64,000 bases of DNA. Source: Lytechinus pictus. Taxonomy: Eukaryota. The stretch covers positions 10,726,001 to 10,790,000 of the forward strand of contig NC_087261.1 in the NCBI RefSeq assembly GCF_037042905.1, written 5' to 3'. The notes beneath the pieces are model-generated. The model saw only the letters and a list, made by a program, of their open reading frames with translations. It was not told the origin of the DNA and ran no database searches. Made by a program: the position numbers and the translations under genes. This document shows, piece by piece, positions 49,345 through 63,404 of this stretch. Numbering within the stretch: position 1 is the first letter of the stretch; every line of letters starts with the position of its first letter.

Positions 49345-49512
49345 GGAGTAGGAGAAGAAGGAGGAGGAGGAGAAAGAGAACAATAACAACAACGAGAAGG
49401 AGGGGAAGAGGTAAAGGAAGAGGAAAAAAGAGGAGGAGGGGAGGAAGAAGAAGAGGGGGAAGAAGAAGAAGAAGAAGAAAAGGGGGAAGAAGAAGAAAGA
49501 AGGAGGAGAGGA
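49345..49512. repeat. (GAA/GAG)n purine tract
   Basis: Direct reading. Confidence 0.85.
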
Positions 49513-50527
49513 ATCTCGTCTACTCTTTTAATGATAGTATTCCAATATTTAAATTTATAAGGTCTTTTCTGTGAATTTTCTATCATTATTACCATAACAG
49601 TATATAAAACTCTTGCCGACTTGATTAGGATTGTTTTTAGTATATATAATAGTAAATTTATGAAATAATGACAGTGGGTGATGAAATAGAGGAATAAGAA
49701 GAACAGAAGAAACTTTGAGGAGAATAAGATAGATAGAAGACTATGAAGACAGTAAAAAGTAAATCCAGTTAATAATGAAATACTTTAACAAAAGAAGGAA
49801 GCTACCTACAAACTGACAAGGTAGACCGTGTGTTTGCAAATCTACGAATTCAAACCCAAAATTAAAAATCGTCTCGTGACACAGTCTGACGCGCTGGTAG
49901 GCAAGAGTCACGATGTTATGAATAAATGCATGCATAGAGGATGTAGATGACACATCCACGGTGATAAGACGGTGTGAATTAGATATCATATTCAACGAGT
50001 ACCAGATCTCTATAGGTGGGACTGAGACTGACAATGTCGGCACCTTCTCGCAAAAACAAGGGTTTTTATTGCAAATGGAAAAGAATGAGCATGTTTAATA
50101 CATGTATGTAATTCGACGTTGAATGGATCCCTATAGCTGTATCCCCTTTATACAATGTATGCCTACCCTATATAAAGTCTAAGTATATTTAATTTTATGG
50201 CTTAAAATTTCAAAAGCAACTCTGATGAAAATAATCAAGATAGTGGTGTACCAGATTCTCTTACGTCTTATTGTGATTGCATTGTGATTGAATGTTATTC
50301 TAATGCTGGTGTTTTGTTGAAAAAAAATAAATGAATTAATTGAATAAATGTTCGATTTTTTGTTGATATGACTCGATAAGAATTGGAGACATACCAATTT
50401 TATTTTTGTGGCAAACAATATCAAAAATGTCAAATACGTTATGTTTGCAGTGCGGTCACCACGCCAAACAACCAATCTGAATGTAGAAAAAAATATTGTT
50501 AGATATACTTAATTTAATCACTATATC

Positions 50528-50638
50528 GGGGGCGTCGTGGTCTAATGGTTAAGACTCTCGTCTTTCAATCCGAGGGACGTGGGCTCGATTCCCAGCCATG
50601 GCGTGTTTTTCTTCAGCAAGACATTTACCCACATGTGC
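50528..50638 (+). mobile_element. 3'-truncated copy of the tRNA-derived SINE
   Basis: gggggcgtcgtggtctaatggttaagactctcgtctttcaatccgagggacgtgggctcgattccc matches the head of 18138-18413. Confidence 0.85.
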
Positions 50639-53600
50639 ATGTAAGCTGTTAGAAACGTTATTGAATTTTCTGTACGTGCAATTGATTTCTAAAATGTATC
50701 ACTTGTTGCATATTGTAAATTGAATGATATTTTCTTGAATCTTTATATCTTGAATATTCTTAAAGATCTTTAATCATACTACAAACATGTAAAAAAAACC
50801 ACATCCACTTTATACTGGCGTCACAACAACAATTTATTGAAGGAGTCTCGATACAGAACTATTTGAGTAGGAAAATACATTGTTGCACATCTCCCGCCAG
50901 AAATTGCTTGAAAAAAAAGATATTCATGAATGCATGAAAATCATTAGTAGTGACTTCCATCTACTCTGGGGAATGCTAAGATTTGCCATGGAGATTACGA
51001 CGAAAAGGACTTTTTGCTTCGCTGAAGAATTCAGTCTGTAGATGGAGCTTTTGAGTGGCGGTGAATGCCAGCTTCTCCATTGCTGATAGCAGTTATACAA
51101 TGGTCATATGAGAACTCTCATAAAATAGATATTAGAGGCATATAATCCTCTTTCACTCTTTGTAAAACCATGCCTCTGTTCTTTGTCATTATGTTTACTT
51201 TGTACCATAATAATTATGTATATGAATATGAATGTGTAAGTTCCTTTTTCTTTATTCCTACAAAATACACAAAGCAATGAATACATGACATGTTACATTT
51301 TGTTATCATGACTAGAGTAACAAAAGTTGAAAGTATAAGAAATTAACGTGACATAAAAATTATATATGATTCGAGTCATATTTTATAATAATACACAACA
51401 TCATGGAGTATGAAACAGAGGAGACAGCCACCGTGAGGATGATCAGCGGTACAGGCTTGAGGGGATGGCGGCCATCGAATCTTTACTGCTTTAGTTCTCC
51501 ATTTACTTATTCATTTATCATTTGATAAAAGTTCTTATCATTCCTTCATCTACTCTTTTTGTTTTGCCCATTTTTTACTTTGCTATTTGCATTTGAGAAT
51601 CTACTCTTACACATACACAATAAATATTTCTATATTTCGTGACTCGGATATTCTGATAGTAACATAACATAATAACAGACATTGTGTTTTAATAGAAACG
51701 GTTCGATCGCTTTTGAAAAAATATGGCAAATTTATAGACTATATTCATTTCTTTTTTGACCACTCCACCTCTTTTCTTCGATGAAAGTATACTGCCAGCC
51801 ATGGTAAATGGCTTTAAACAGCATTACACAATATTTTATTGTATCACCCTGGAATCGAAATAATCACCAAAGCTGTATTTAAGGTGAAATATATGAAATT
51901 ATCATGTTTGCATTTCATATCATGCATAATTCATCTTGTTCATGTTGTTGAGAGATTGTAAATGCCATGGTTCATGCACAGCCTTTTACTTTCTCCTACC
52001 GATCTCTGCAGATAATAATCTCTTGAAAGGGATTGGATACCACTCTCTAATCCCGTTATTTCTGATGGAGTGCTTTCATAGATTATAGGATGGTGGGCAA
52101 AGTGGATTCCAATGAAAATGGAAATGAAATGTAAAATATTCATATGAGGAATGGGAATACATTTACCGTGCAGTCGAACTATGCATGATACTCCGAGAAT
52201 GATTCAGGAGTGATAAGGAATACTTCAATAAAGATATTGTTTAAAAAAAGGGTGCTGTATATCGTAAATTCAAAAAGTATGGTAATTAAAGATAAAATAT
52301 TATATCGGTGAGGAACTAAAGAATGTAGAATTGAAGGGAGAAAATGGCTGTTCTAAGACACAGACATTACCTTTTGATATCATGCTTTTACACGTAGGCC
52401 TAGTGAAAATGTGTGTACAGTAATGTGTTACCCCATGCCCGATGAAATACATATGTTCTGATTCACTAAACATGATGTTAACCATGACAACCGAAAGAAA
52501 GAAGTTTGCCTACTTTTTAGAAATTACATTGCCACAATTCCCATTACTATTTTATATACAACTGGAGACACGCAGCGCGAGGGCTCTTGGCGCCTCGTGC
52601 ATCAGTGCATGCCGTAATAATGATGTACGGTTTTACCCCATGATGTTGAATATGATTATGATCAGATGATGGTAAGATTGCGCTGCATTCTGACGTTTCA
52701 GATCACGAAAGTTTACATCATGTACATGATAAAGAACCAATTTTACATCCATGGTAGCAGCGGGAATACATTATAACGCTGTTCGAAACTTTCAAATGGG
52801 AGTTGAAAAACAACACGCATTGAAAAGAATTAGAGCAATGGAATTAAATACATGGATTTATTGACTGGTTATTTTATTTCCATGCAACCATTAAAGATAC
52901 AACAAAAATGAATTAAAAATGGTAAACTAGCAATCATTTCAATTCAACTTCAATTTCAATTTATTTACCATCTTTAAAAATAAATATACATAAAAATCTG
53001 ACATGAAATACAAATACATATTGTTTAAAAATGGAGGGATACCCACAGCACAGTACTTGTAAGCAGGGTCCCTACATACTCTATACATTTTAAGATAACA
53101 TTATGATACAAATAATAAATTATCATTTGCATGATCAAATACTACATAGGAAGTGTGCTTGTTAAAATCACCCCAATCATTTTTGGTCACAGCCCTGTTC
53201 ATTAGAGCTGTTAGAGCCATTTCAAATGTTATAACCGATATTTTTTCATTGGATTCCAATTAATAAAAAAAAAATCATTTTACAGACGTACGCTTTATCT
53301 TGTATGGTTTTGTAATGTTCACATCGATTCCCCATGATGTATTATGTTATTTGTTATTTATCATATGAATTTGTTTACTTTCACTAAATGGATATAGGGG
53401 AAAAAAGTCGTGAATTTCAATTTTTTTTTATAATTATTATAAAAGTGAATTTCAATCTTGAATCTTGAATATTTTGCTCTCTCGCCTCTCTCTCTACTCC
53501 TCCACCTTTCACCCCACTTTCTCCCTTTCTCTCTTCTTTTTGTCTATACTACCCTTTTTCACCATCTCCCCTTTCATATTTCATCATCTCTCACTCTCAT

Positions 53601-54676
53601 CTCAACCACTCTCTCTTACTAATTTCCAGACTGCATCATGATCATATCGTCCCCTTTCCTCGTTAGCAAGCAGATTCCCGCCAAACCGGCGGGCGTCCTT
53701 TGGGTGTGTAACAGGAGAAAGCGAAGCAAAGGAGTTTCGAATTGATCAGAAAATGGCTTTCGAATACAAGAACCTGAAAAGAAAAAAAAGAGAAGTAAAA
53801 TACAGAATCGAACACACACCGCCAAAAATAATGAAAGAGATATTCTGACCGTGTTCCAATTCCCGAAGGTATTTGCGCTCTCAGATGCTGCATTGTGGGT
53901 TCTTTTTAATCGTGATGTGAATATTCCTCTGAAGATATGGGTTGCAAAGCAACAAGAATGAGAAAGAGGAATAGAAAACAATGAAGATAATGTAGAAGTG
54001 GATTAATGAATTAGTTTCATGGTATTATGAGCCCATCAGGAGGTCTGCAATATTTTCGTGTTTTTCGTGGACGTGACACCCAGTTATTAATGAGTTAATG
54101 GAGTGGGTATGTTCCCTCGTGTATTCCAGGTATAATAGCACAAGCTGTTGACATATTTTAAACAGATTTATGGAGCGGAAAATGCTATCCAAGAAGATGT
54201 CGTCTTTTCATTTTTGGTGATCATGGTTATATTTTAATACATATTATCGTGGAATATATATAAATGCATATCATAAAATCTTACAAAGAAATCATAGGTG
54301 AATAAGAATAAAACATGGAATGCATGGTGAAAATTGTAATGGATGAAATAACAAAGACATTAGACTGTTAGAAGTAAAAAGATTTTTTTTAGATCAAACC
54401 AAGTATGCAAATATGATAAAATTGGGTCATTGTGATGTTTACATAAAAATTGGTTAAAAGGGGCTGGTATTGTCTTAGGTTTTTCTCCTTTTTGAAGGCG
54501 TGAAACAAGATTCCTAATCATAAAGTGGTAGAGAGTCGTGTAATTTAGACTAATATGAAAACAGCGTGTGTGTTTTTTTCCTTTTGTTTTTGCTTCATCA
54601 GAGCCCATTGGTAACAGCAGTGCTCAAATAAAAAACAAAATTATAAAAAACTGACACATTACTGAATATTAGTAGG

Positions 54677-54893
54677 CAGACGCGGATCTACGGGGGGGGG
54701 GGGATGCCAAGTTAAAAAAATAATTACCTAAATTCGGGAGATAAGCCGTTTTTGCGCTTTACAAATTTCTCGCGACCAAATTTTCTAGTTTTTGCTTGTC
54801 AGATTTACACCAGCATCCCCTGTAAAAAAATCGTTTCCAGGGCCCTAGTCGTGCCCCCATCTTGGAAAAAAGAAGAAGCTAGATCCGCACCTG
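54677..54893. mobile_element. CAG..GCGGATC-ended MITE, degenerate
   Basis: CAGACGCGGATCTA / TAGATCCGCACCTG. Confidence 0.65.
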
Positions 54894-55571
54894 GTAGTAC
54901 AATCCAGGGACAGGAGTGACCGCTTCCGCGCAAAGTCATGAAAGTAGGAAGAAGAAAAGACTTATAGATTATTTTGAATTGGCTCCTGAGTACAATATCC
55001 CGATGATTAATAAGAAATTACAATTTGAAAAAGCAAAAATCATATTCTGTTTGCCTTGCCTCCCGATCAGCCCCTGCATGGTCTACTCGATTCACCGCTG
55101 AATTTACAATCGAAAATAACGCCCCTCCCCCCTTTTTCAATTCAGAGAAATGTATTCCTTGACACACATTCTATAACGCAACTGTTACTCTCATTATAGA
55201 CATGTCAGAAGAGAATTCAGGGGGAAAAATCATAACAGCAAAGGGGTCCATATGGCACTCCACAGTGACATGGTCATGGGCATTTCGTCTGGACCTTTCG
55301 TTTTCCAACTAAACTATGAGAGAGATTTTCAGTTGGTTTTTTTTTCTTTTTTACTTTCTCTCAATGTCTGGAGTAAATTTTGAATTTAAATCGACTGTAA
55401 AATGAAGGAAAATCACGTTTTGACTGTCAGTATTCTTGTCTTATCTTTGATTTCGGTTTAGAACATAAACATTTGTATTCTGATAATTTAACCTAGGTTT
55501 AACCCTAGTTACTACACTTCTTTGTAATGCTGGTCTTCATAACATTTCACCCATATTCGTGGCAATAAGCT

Positions 55572-56002
55572 AGTTCGTAGTTCCACTCTGCGCATGATCA
55601 GAGGAAGGTCATTTGTACTAAAGTGACATGGTGGTTTAGAATTTAATGAGATAAGCACCAAATTCGATGTCTTGATTATTCATATATTCTTTTGAATTGT
55701 GTTTTTCATTCACATCCACAAAAAAATGCGTCCACGAATGACTGGTATATTTCACAGTTTGCCAAGTACATTGTACAACATCCTCTAGTATGCATTCAAA
55801 CTAGAAATGCAACAAATAGCTTCATAGAGTGTTCATTGATGTGCTATTATCTAGTCACCAAAGTCCTGGTCTATTCAATTTCTTCATCCCGCTATGTAAG
55901 GCATGCATATATGTAATATCTTGCTTTGAAATCTACCATAGGGTTAGATGAAAGAAATGAAAGGTCATTTGACCAAAATTGTCCCAGAAGTAACTACGAA
56001 CT
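55572..56002. mobile_element. Possible old DNA element (AGTTCGTAGTT IR)
   Basis: 11-bp inverted repeat agttcgtagtt / aactacgaact, and aaggtcatttg present near both ends. Confidence 0.35.
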
Positions 56003-56332
56003 GGTCAATTATAATGTATCAATTAAAGACAATTCATAGTATTTTTTTTTAATTTTATTTTTTTCCCGTTTTAAGACTCAATTAATTTTTTGACAACTTT
56101 TTGCAGTAGAATAAGAATCTGTATTAATTGGTGAATGAGTTGACAACTGGCACTCCATAAAAGTGTGGTCTAAAGTTAACCCAGGTTTAACTGAACCATG
56201 GCTATCAGAATACTCTCCAAAATGTTTTACGATCTAACGACATGTATGACGAACAATGAAAATAGACAAATAATGCAAGATTTAAGGAGAACGTTTCCTC
56301 TTTTTTACGCGGATAGCAAGTGACATCATTAA

Positions 56333-56935
56333 AGGACAAGTCCACCCCAACAAAAAGTTGATTTGAATAAAAAGAGAAAAATCTAACGAGCATAACACTG
56401 AAAATTTCATCAAAATCGGATGTAAAATAAGAAAGTTATGACTTTTTAAAGTTTTGCTTCATTTCACAAAACAGTTATATGCACATCTCGGTCGGTATGC
56501 AAATGAGGGAACTGATGACATCACTAACTCACTATTTCTTTTGTATTTTATTATATGAAATATGAAATATTTTGATTTTCTCGTCATTGTCATATGAAAT
56601 GAATTTTCATTCCTCCCTGAACACGTGGAATTCCATTATTTTAACATTGTGTGCTTCAGGCAATGAGGTCCTAATCATCAAATTCGTAAAAATTGAAATA
56701 TTGTATAATTCAAACAATGAAAAACAAAAGAAATAGTGAGTGAGTGACATCATCGACTCTCTCATTTGGATGTAACTGGCTCGTTCATAAAACTATTTTG
56801 TTAAAAATAAGCAAAACTTTGAAATGTCATAACTTTCTTATTTTACATCCGATTTTGATGAAATTTTCAGCATTGTGCTTGTCTGATATTTCTCTATTTA
56901 TTCAAATCAACATTTTTCTGAGGTGGACTTGACCT
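56333..56935. mobile_element. Kolobok/T2-like MITE (AGGWCAAGTCCA family), 603 bp, inverted relative to 28151
   Basis: TTAA TSD on both sides; TIR AGGACAAGTCCACC / GGTGGACTTGACCT. Confidence 0.92.
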
Positions 56936-57059
56936 TTAAGAAACGAACGAAACTGGAAACCAAAATATTTTCTCCCGCGCTTTTCAATTAAATGATTGAC
57001 ATGCCGATATGTTTTGCTCTGTCTTTCAGATTTAAGGTGCTAATGCCCCCCCCCCCCCT

Positions 57060-57300
57060 TCCTCATCAAATAGAATGTTGACGTGCTCCTAATGAGATCA
57101 GCTCGAAGCGAAATCAGAGGAATTCGTGACACTTCACATTCCTGAAAACAAATCGCCCCCTCTGGCGACCATTTTGTGTCATTTGGAATCGAATTGAGTG
57201 ACGAAATAAGAGAAAATACGAATGACTGATGGGTAAAAGTGCTATTGCTAAGGCGTTTGAATTCGCGTCTCGCAAACAAGAAAAAACGGGCTGAAGTATT
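57060..57300. promoter_or_regulatory. CpG-enriched island, candidate regulatory module
   Basis: TGACGTG, TAATGA, and cgccccctctggcg (loosely CTCF-like). Confidence 0.3.
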
Positions 57301-57661
57301 TTAGTGCTGTAGGTTTAGGAGGGGCTCACTTGCAGGTTCGGAGGGGGGGGGGGACAGGCCCCCCCCCCAAAAAAAAAAAATCAAACGATTTGTTTTAATT
57401 TAGTGTGCTGCATAGTCTATATGAGTCATCGCACTTCCCTGGATGTCTTGCAAATTTCGCCTTGTTTCCACGTCATATCGAAGACAGATTTGATTGGTTA
57501 TGCAACAACCCCCCCCCCCCCCCATGTGGCGTCGCCCATGAAAAGGCAATATGCGTTTTTGGGGAGAGGATGAGGATCGAGTTAGGAGAGAATCGAGTGT
57601 TCTATAGAGTTAGGCAGTGGCACGTTCACGTCAATGGAAGTAACTCGTGACATTGCATTAA

Positions 57662-57830
57662 CAGGGGCGGATCCAGGATTTTCCAAAGGGGCGGGGGCAC
57701 GACAAGCAAAAAAAGAGAGAGAGAGAAAGTTTTTCAACAAAAAATAAGGACATTTCGTCCACGAAAAAAATTGACAAGCAAAAAAAAAAGTTTTCAACAA
57801 AAAGTAAGGACATTTATGAATAAAAAAACA
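57662..57830. mobile_element. Left end of a CAGGGGCGGATCC MITE (truncated)
   Basis: CAGGGGCGGATCCAGGATTTT is the reverse complement of the right end of 1758-2086. Confidence 0.65.
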
Positions 57831-59272
57831 ATATACAGGTACATTCATCGCCGAGATGGAAACTTAAATTTTGTGTTCACCGGTAAAAATAATAAGTAAT
57901 GCAATTTATCTGTTACATTATTTTAGTTATTCATTGATCTCGTTAAATTATAGTTTCTGACCATGCATGATGATGAAAATTGATAAGCGCCAAAAATTCG
58001 AGCATATGTGTTCACGATATTGTATTTTTCGTATTAATGCAAGCAATCAACTCATTTGTTGATGTATATTTTAAACGCCTTTATAACGTAAATTTGCCAT
58101 ACGTTGTCTTCTTTCGTTTCATGATTTATCATTATGAAAAGTAGGTTATGTTATCAGATTGTTATCATAATAAGACCCCCCCAAAAAAACGACACCAAAA
58201 GGACGTTCTTCAGTTAAGTAATCAAAATGCTTTTCACTCATCCAGGTTTGAATATTTCGTCGCATCCCTCGGACAAGAAGATGACAAATTTACGTTACCA
58301 TGGTCCAATTATATTAACACGCCCTGGCATTTGGCAAACCCAAGTGCTTTCCTCACCAGACGCCACATGCATTAGAGTACGTGGGACTACAATCCGGTCA
58401 AAATTGATAATGGCCGACGAGAGAAGTCAAAAGCTACATCGAATCGACGCCGTGTAATTTGGTAAACACTTCAAATTGATATTAAAAAGTCTGTCAGTAC
58501 TCGCAGGCTTTCTTTTTCTTTCCCCTGGTTTTGATTTTTCGTCTCTGGAGCGAAAGCAAGCAAAGATGTATCTTCTGTTTGACAGCTTGGAGAGGGCCCA
58601 TCGTGTTGGAAATCTGTGAACAGATGTCATGACTCTCGTGGGATAAGAGTGGGAGGGTTAAGGTGAGGGAGGAGAGGGGAGGAGGGGATGGAGAGGGGTA
58701 AATGGAGTGAGAAATGTTATAAGAGGTATTGGAAAGGAGGATGGAATGGGGCGGAAATTTGGATAGGAGAATTGCTGAGGAAGGGGAGGGGGGAGGTAAG
58801 ACGAATATTTTGTTTATTGTGATAATTATTAAAATTTATATTATAAGCATTGAGGATAAGGGATGCTTCGTAGAAGAACAGAGGAATGGATGGAGAAGGG
58901 TGGATGTTGTGGGGGGGCTGTGGTAGTGGTAGCGATGGGGGTGAGAACGATTGAGAGAGGGGCAAGAGTGGATAAAAGGGGGTCAAGGGCCGGTTAACGG
59001 GGGTAGATGTTGAAGTGGAAGGCAAGATGGGGGGGGGGGGAGCTGATGAGATGACAACTTGGCGGAACAGTCAGATAGTAGGATGAAGATGAGGAAAGAA
59101 AAGGGGGAACGGATGAGGTTACGGTTAAGTTCTTCATTAAGAATGAGATGACGGTTGGAGACGAGAAGGATGGGTGGAGTGGGGTGAAATAAAGGAGGAG
59201 TATGAAGGAGAAAAATGAGAAAGCGACACGGGAAGCAACAAAATAAGCACGACGACGATCAGCAAGGATTAA

Positions 59273-59855
59273 AGGAGAATGAAACTCTTGGAGCAAGTTA
59301 GCTTTTGTGAAAGCAGAAAAATCAAAGAATAAGATCAACAAAACTTTGAGAAAAATAGGACTAGCAATAAAAGAGTTATGAGCATTTGAATGTCGAGATC
59401 ACTAATGCTATGGAGATCCTCCCATTGGCAATGCGACCAAGATCTGTGATGTCACACACGTACAACTCTCCCATTTGGACACTGAAAATATACCCCAAAA
59501 CATCTCTTTTTGCTCATTCTAATCATATGACAAACGATTCATCAATGATATAATGTTGTGAAACCTCTGTACTTGTCATCTCATAAAGAGAACACCTCAC
59601 CTTGTGATAGACTCTATAAAAGTGAGAATATAAGTGAAATAAGTACTAAAGTAATGAGGGAGTTGTACGTGTGTGATATCACAGATCTTGGTCGCATTGC
59701 CGTTGGGAGGATCTACATGGCACTAGTGATCTCAATATTCGAATGCTCATAACTTTCTTATTATTCATTCAATCTTCCTAAAACTTTCAACAATATGTTT
59801 CTTTGATTTTTCTCTTTGATATGGATTCAGCTGGTTTCAAGGGTTTCATTCTCCT
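59273..59855. mobile_element. Kolobok/T2-like MITE (AGGAGAAT family), presumed canonical copy
   Basis: TTAA on the left and TCAA on the right; ends AGGAGAATGAAAC / GTTTCATTCTCCT. Inverted homolog of 24187-24580. Confidence 0.9.
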
Positions 59856-60037
59856 TCAATTAATTTAGAGTTTTAGAAAAGATCATCAAATATGCATATG
59901 ATCATACGATTATGATAAACATTTTCGGATGACGAAAACCCTACGCGCTTTACGCAAAGAATTGATGCTTATTATGATAATGCATCATGCATACAGGCAG
60001 ATTACATGTTTTATGTTCTGATGATCGTGATCACTAA

Positions 60038-60312
60038 CAGTGATGTACAGATGGGGGTTCTGGGGGCGCTTCCCCCCCCCCCCCCCAATTTTCACGACCA
60101 AGAAAAAAGAGAGAAGGAAAGAAAGGGCAACAGAGAAGGGTGAAAAATTATTTTATTTTTTTCAATATTAAGTCAAAATCTATTACAAAATTTGATTTTT
60201 GTAATGAAAATATTTTTTTTTAATGCACGCTCGCTCGCTATATACGTTTGATAAATTTCGTCCGATGCGCCGTATCTGACCCCCTCAAAATATTTGGCTC
60301 AATACACCACTG
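60038..60312. mobile_element. hAT-like MITE
   Basis: TIR CAGTGATGTA / TACACCACTG with 8-bp TSD ATCACTAA / ATTACTAA (7 of 8 match). Confidence 0.8.
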
Positions 60313-61384
60313 ATTACTAAGGCTGATGATGAAGTTGATTACGATGTTGACGACGACGACGACGACGTCATGTATATCAGTTTTAAAACCTCAGAGGTTT
60401 CTAATGTTAGCTTCAGATTCAATCACATAGACCAGGATGAATAAGTCATCGTTCGTGTTGGCCGAATATTTGCTTGTAGATCGGAGGGATGGTTAATTGG
60501 CACTGGAGTCCAATTAGCCTGATTAGGACAGTATGGGAGAGGAACATCCTACATCTAATTTATTTTCAGAACGAAGCAGTGTTATGAAAAACATTATCGG
60601 CATTATAACAATGCGATGTCGACCTTTTTTTATAACGAGAGCGTAGTGTATACGCTGATGTTTGCTTTTATTTTTCACGTCTATCATGTCTATAGCAATT
60701 TACTAAATTATTGTCGTGTACGTGTAATTCTCCATTGCTTTGTATGGTTTGAAATTGAAAAGAAAATTTAGGGAAAAATGCCAGAAATGTTCTCCGACCA
60801 TCAGACTTCAAGATGTAAAAATTAATAAAAAGAAAAAACGAATAATAAAGTCATTGTCCCAACTATATTGCTTCAGTAGAAGTATGACTAGATGATGCTG
60901 TACATTATATTAAATGACAATACACTACCCCCACATCATCAACGAGTTAAAACCAAAAAAAGAGAGAAATATAAATATTATCACGACGGAACCATAAAAA
61001 TCAGACAATAATTTTGAAACTTGAGTAAAACATGTTCTGGGCGTGTCGGTGTTGCATGTCTGTTTGCCAAGGTTAGAAAACGCCGTCCTGATTTTAATAA
61101 GGTCGTAAATAATGTGTCTTCTGATGTAAATGGGAGAGACAAATTCTCGAAGTCGCAATTTCATGATCTCGAGTTTCCCTCCATAAATCTCGTCGGGGAA
61201 AATATTAAACTTCACTTCACCTGTGAAATTAAACTAGGAGATTGATTGGAGAGTAATATCGTGCACCAGTCTTGAAATGTATTCAAACTTGAGTTATATT
61301 ATGCTTTATAATGAACGCTCAATTAAAAGTAAAATTTATATTGGTCATGTTCGATGCATAATTGCAGATTAATCATGGGATGTT

Positions 61385-61603
61385 GGGCATCATGTTGCAA
61401 GAAACTTACGATTAATTGCAAGTAGAAAGAGATGGTTCGTAAATCAATCATTAGTCTTGTAATTAAATGCAAATTTGTCGTTGATTGTTGTTCTGTTCTT
61501 TCAACACGGAGTGTAATCTGATTTCCTACAACTAAAATTGATCGATAAATTGTAAAATTGCAAGATTTGCGATTGATTGCAAATATTATGTTGCAACACC
61601 CCC
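61385..61603. mobile_element. Degenerate Harbinger-like MITE
   Basis: tgttgcaagaaacttacgattaattgc ... gcgattgattgcaaatattatgttgcaacaccc. Confidence 0.45.
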
Positions 61604-61944
61604 TTAGAGAGAGGTAATAATAGGTGCCATGTTTTACATTTTAAAAATTTTTACAACGCCATGAATTTAATTTTTTTAAAGCTTTTTATGGGACTCAATT
61701 CATGCAATTATAGAATAACCAGTTTCATTTCATGCACAAATTCTGATATATTCTGGTAATTCCATTTTATTTCTTTACATTTATTAGGTAAATTTGTTAA
61801 TCCTATACCTGTATATGGATTTTATCACAATAAAAAAACAATGATTAAATATTAGGCCTATATCTTTGAGAATTTGGAGTAACTGATTTAATCCATATCT
61901 TTTACCTTTTTTTGTAATAATTTCTACTCATACGCAGAGGCATA

Positions 61945-62040
61945 TTCTTCTTCTTCTTCTTTTTCTTTTTCTTCTTCTTTTTCTTCTTCTTCATCTTCTT
62001 CTTCTTTCTTCTTCTTCCTCTTCTTCTTCCCCTTCTTTTT
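61945..62040. repeat. (CTT)n microsatellite
   Basis: Direct reading. Confidence 0.9.
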
Positions 62041-62082
62041 CTACTCTTTCTTATTTGTTTTATTAATTTCCTCATCCTCTGT

Positions 62083-63404
62083 CAGGAGCAGTGGAACGTA
62101 TTTTCGTTTGGAGGGCAAAGCCAAAAAGGGCACTTATAATTATGTCAAAATTGGCATGTTGGTGCAAACGGATATTTTCACCATGATATTATCATCTGCG
62201 TGCATGAAGTAGTTGTGTGTTTTGTTGTAATTAAAGGTCAAGTCCATCCCAGGAAAATGCTGACTTGAATAAATAGAGAAAAATCAAACTAGCATAGTGC
62301 TGAAAATTTCATCGAAATCGGATGTGAAATAAGAAAGTTATGACATTTTACAAATTTTATTATTTTCACAAAACAGTGATATGCACAACTAGGTGAGTCA
62401 GTCGATGATGTCCATCACTCACTATTTCTTTTGTTTTTTATTGTTTGAATTATAAAATATTTCATTTTTTTATAGATTTGACAATAAGGACCAACTTGAC
62501 TGAACCACATAGTATTAAACAATGCTAATTCCACATGTTCAGGGAAGAATTAATCGTTGTATCACTTGACAATGAGGAGAAAATTTGAATATTTCATATT
62601 TCATATAATAAAATACAAAAGAAATAGTGAGTGGATGACGTCATCAGTCTCCTCATTTGCATACTGACCAGGATGTGCATATAACTGTTTCGTGAAATTA
62701 AGCGAAACTTTAAAATGTCATAACTTTCTTATCTTACATCCGATTTTGATGAAATTTTCAGTGTTATGCTTGTTGGATTTTTCTCTTTTTATTCAAATCA
62801 ACTTTTTGTTGGGGTGGACTTGTCCTTTAGGTTGAGCACAGCCTTTATGAAGTGATTTGTGATCGATAAGATATGTATTTAGGCTTTAGTTTTGAAATAA
62901 AAAATCAAAACCTGAAGTTGTAAAACTCGATTTTGTCAATTATGGCACTAATTACTGTTAAAAGGGTATCGTTGCGAGGGTGAATCGTGAGCTCAAACTT
63001 TTGGACATTCCATGTAACATGTGTAATAAGACATGAAAATTAGAAATTCCGAGCAGCTTTTGTAATCATAAAAAAGGTATGTATTCAACTAAAGAATTAA
63101 TGCGAGAGCGAAGTGCGAGCTGATACGTATCTAACCAATCGAATAATGCGAGCGCGAAGCGCGAGCTGAAAATTTGTGATATTCCAACCTGAAAACTGAA
63201 CATTCTAAGCATGTTTTGTAACCAGAAACAGGATGAGTACCTTACCAAACAATAATTGATACGAGCGCGAAACGCGAGCACAAAAATTGTGATTTTCTAA
63301 CCTAAAATATAATATGTTTTACTTTAAATGGATATTTCATTTTGAAAAAAAAAAATCCTACAGGGATTTTGTGTGTGCTCCCCCTCCCAATTCCGCCGCC
63401 CCTG
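62083..63404. mobile_element. hAT-like non-autonomous element hosting a Kolobok-like MITE
   Basis: TIR CAGGAGCAGTGGAA / TTCCGCCGCCCCTG, perfect 8-bp TSD TCCTCTGT (62075-62082, 63405-63412), and GCGAGCGCGAAGCGCGAGC repeats. Confidence 0.88.
62235..62826. mobile_element. Kolobok/T2-like MITE (AGGWCAAGTCCA family), nested and more diverged
   Basis: TTAA|AGGTCAAGTCCA ... TGGACTTGTCCT|TTAG. Confidence 0.9.

Noticed and set aside
51058-51070. 13-nt match GCGGTGAATGCCA to the 3' part of miR-124
   Set aside because: The seed AAGGCAC is absent and the match spans a loop rather than a hairpin arm.
58640-59260. G-rich purine tract with G-quadruplex potential
   Set aside because: G-runs and purine tracts are ubiquitous in this window; nothing is specific to this one.
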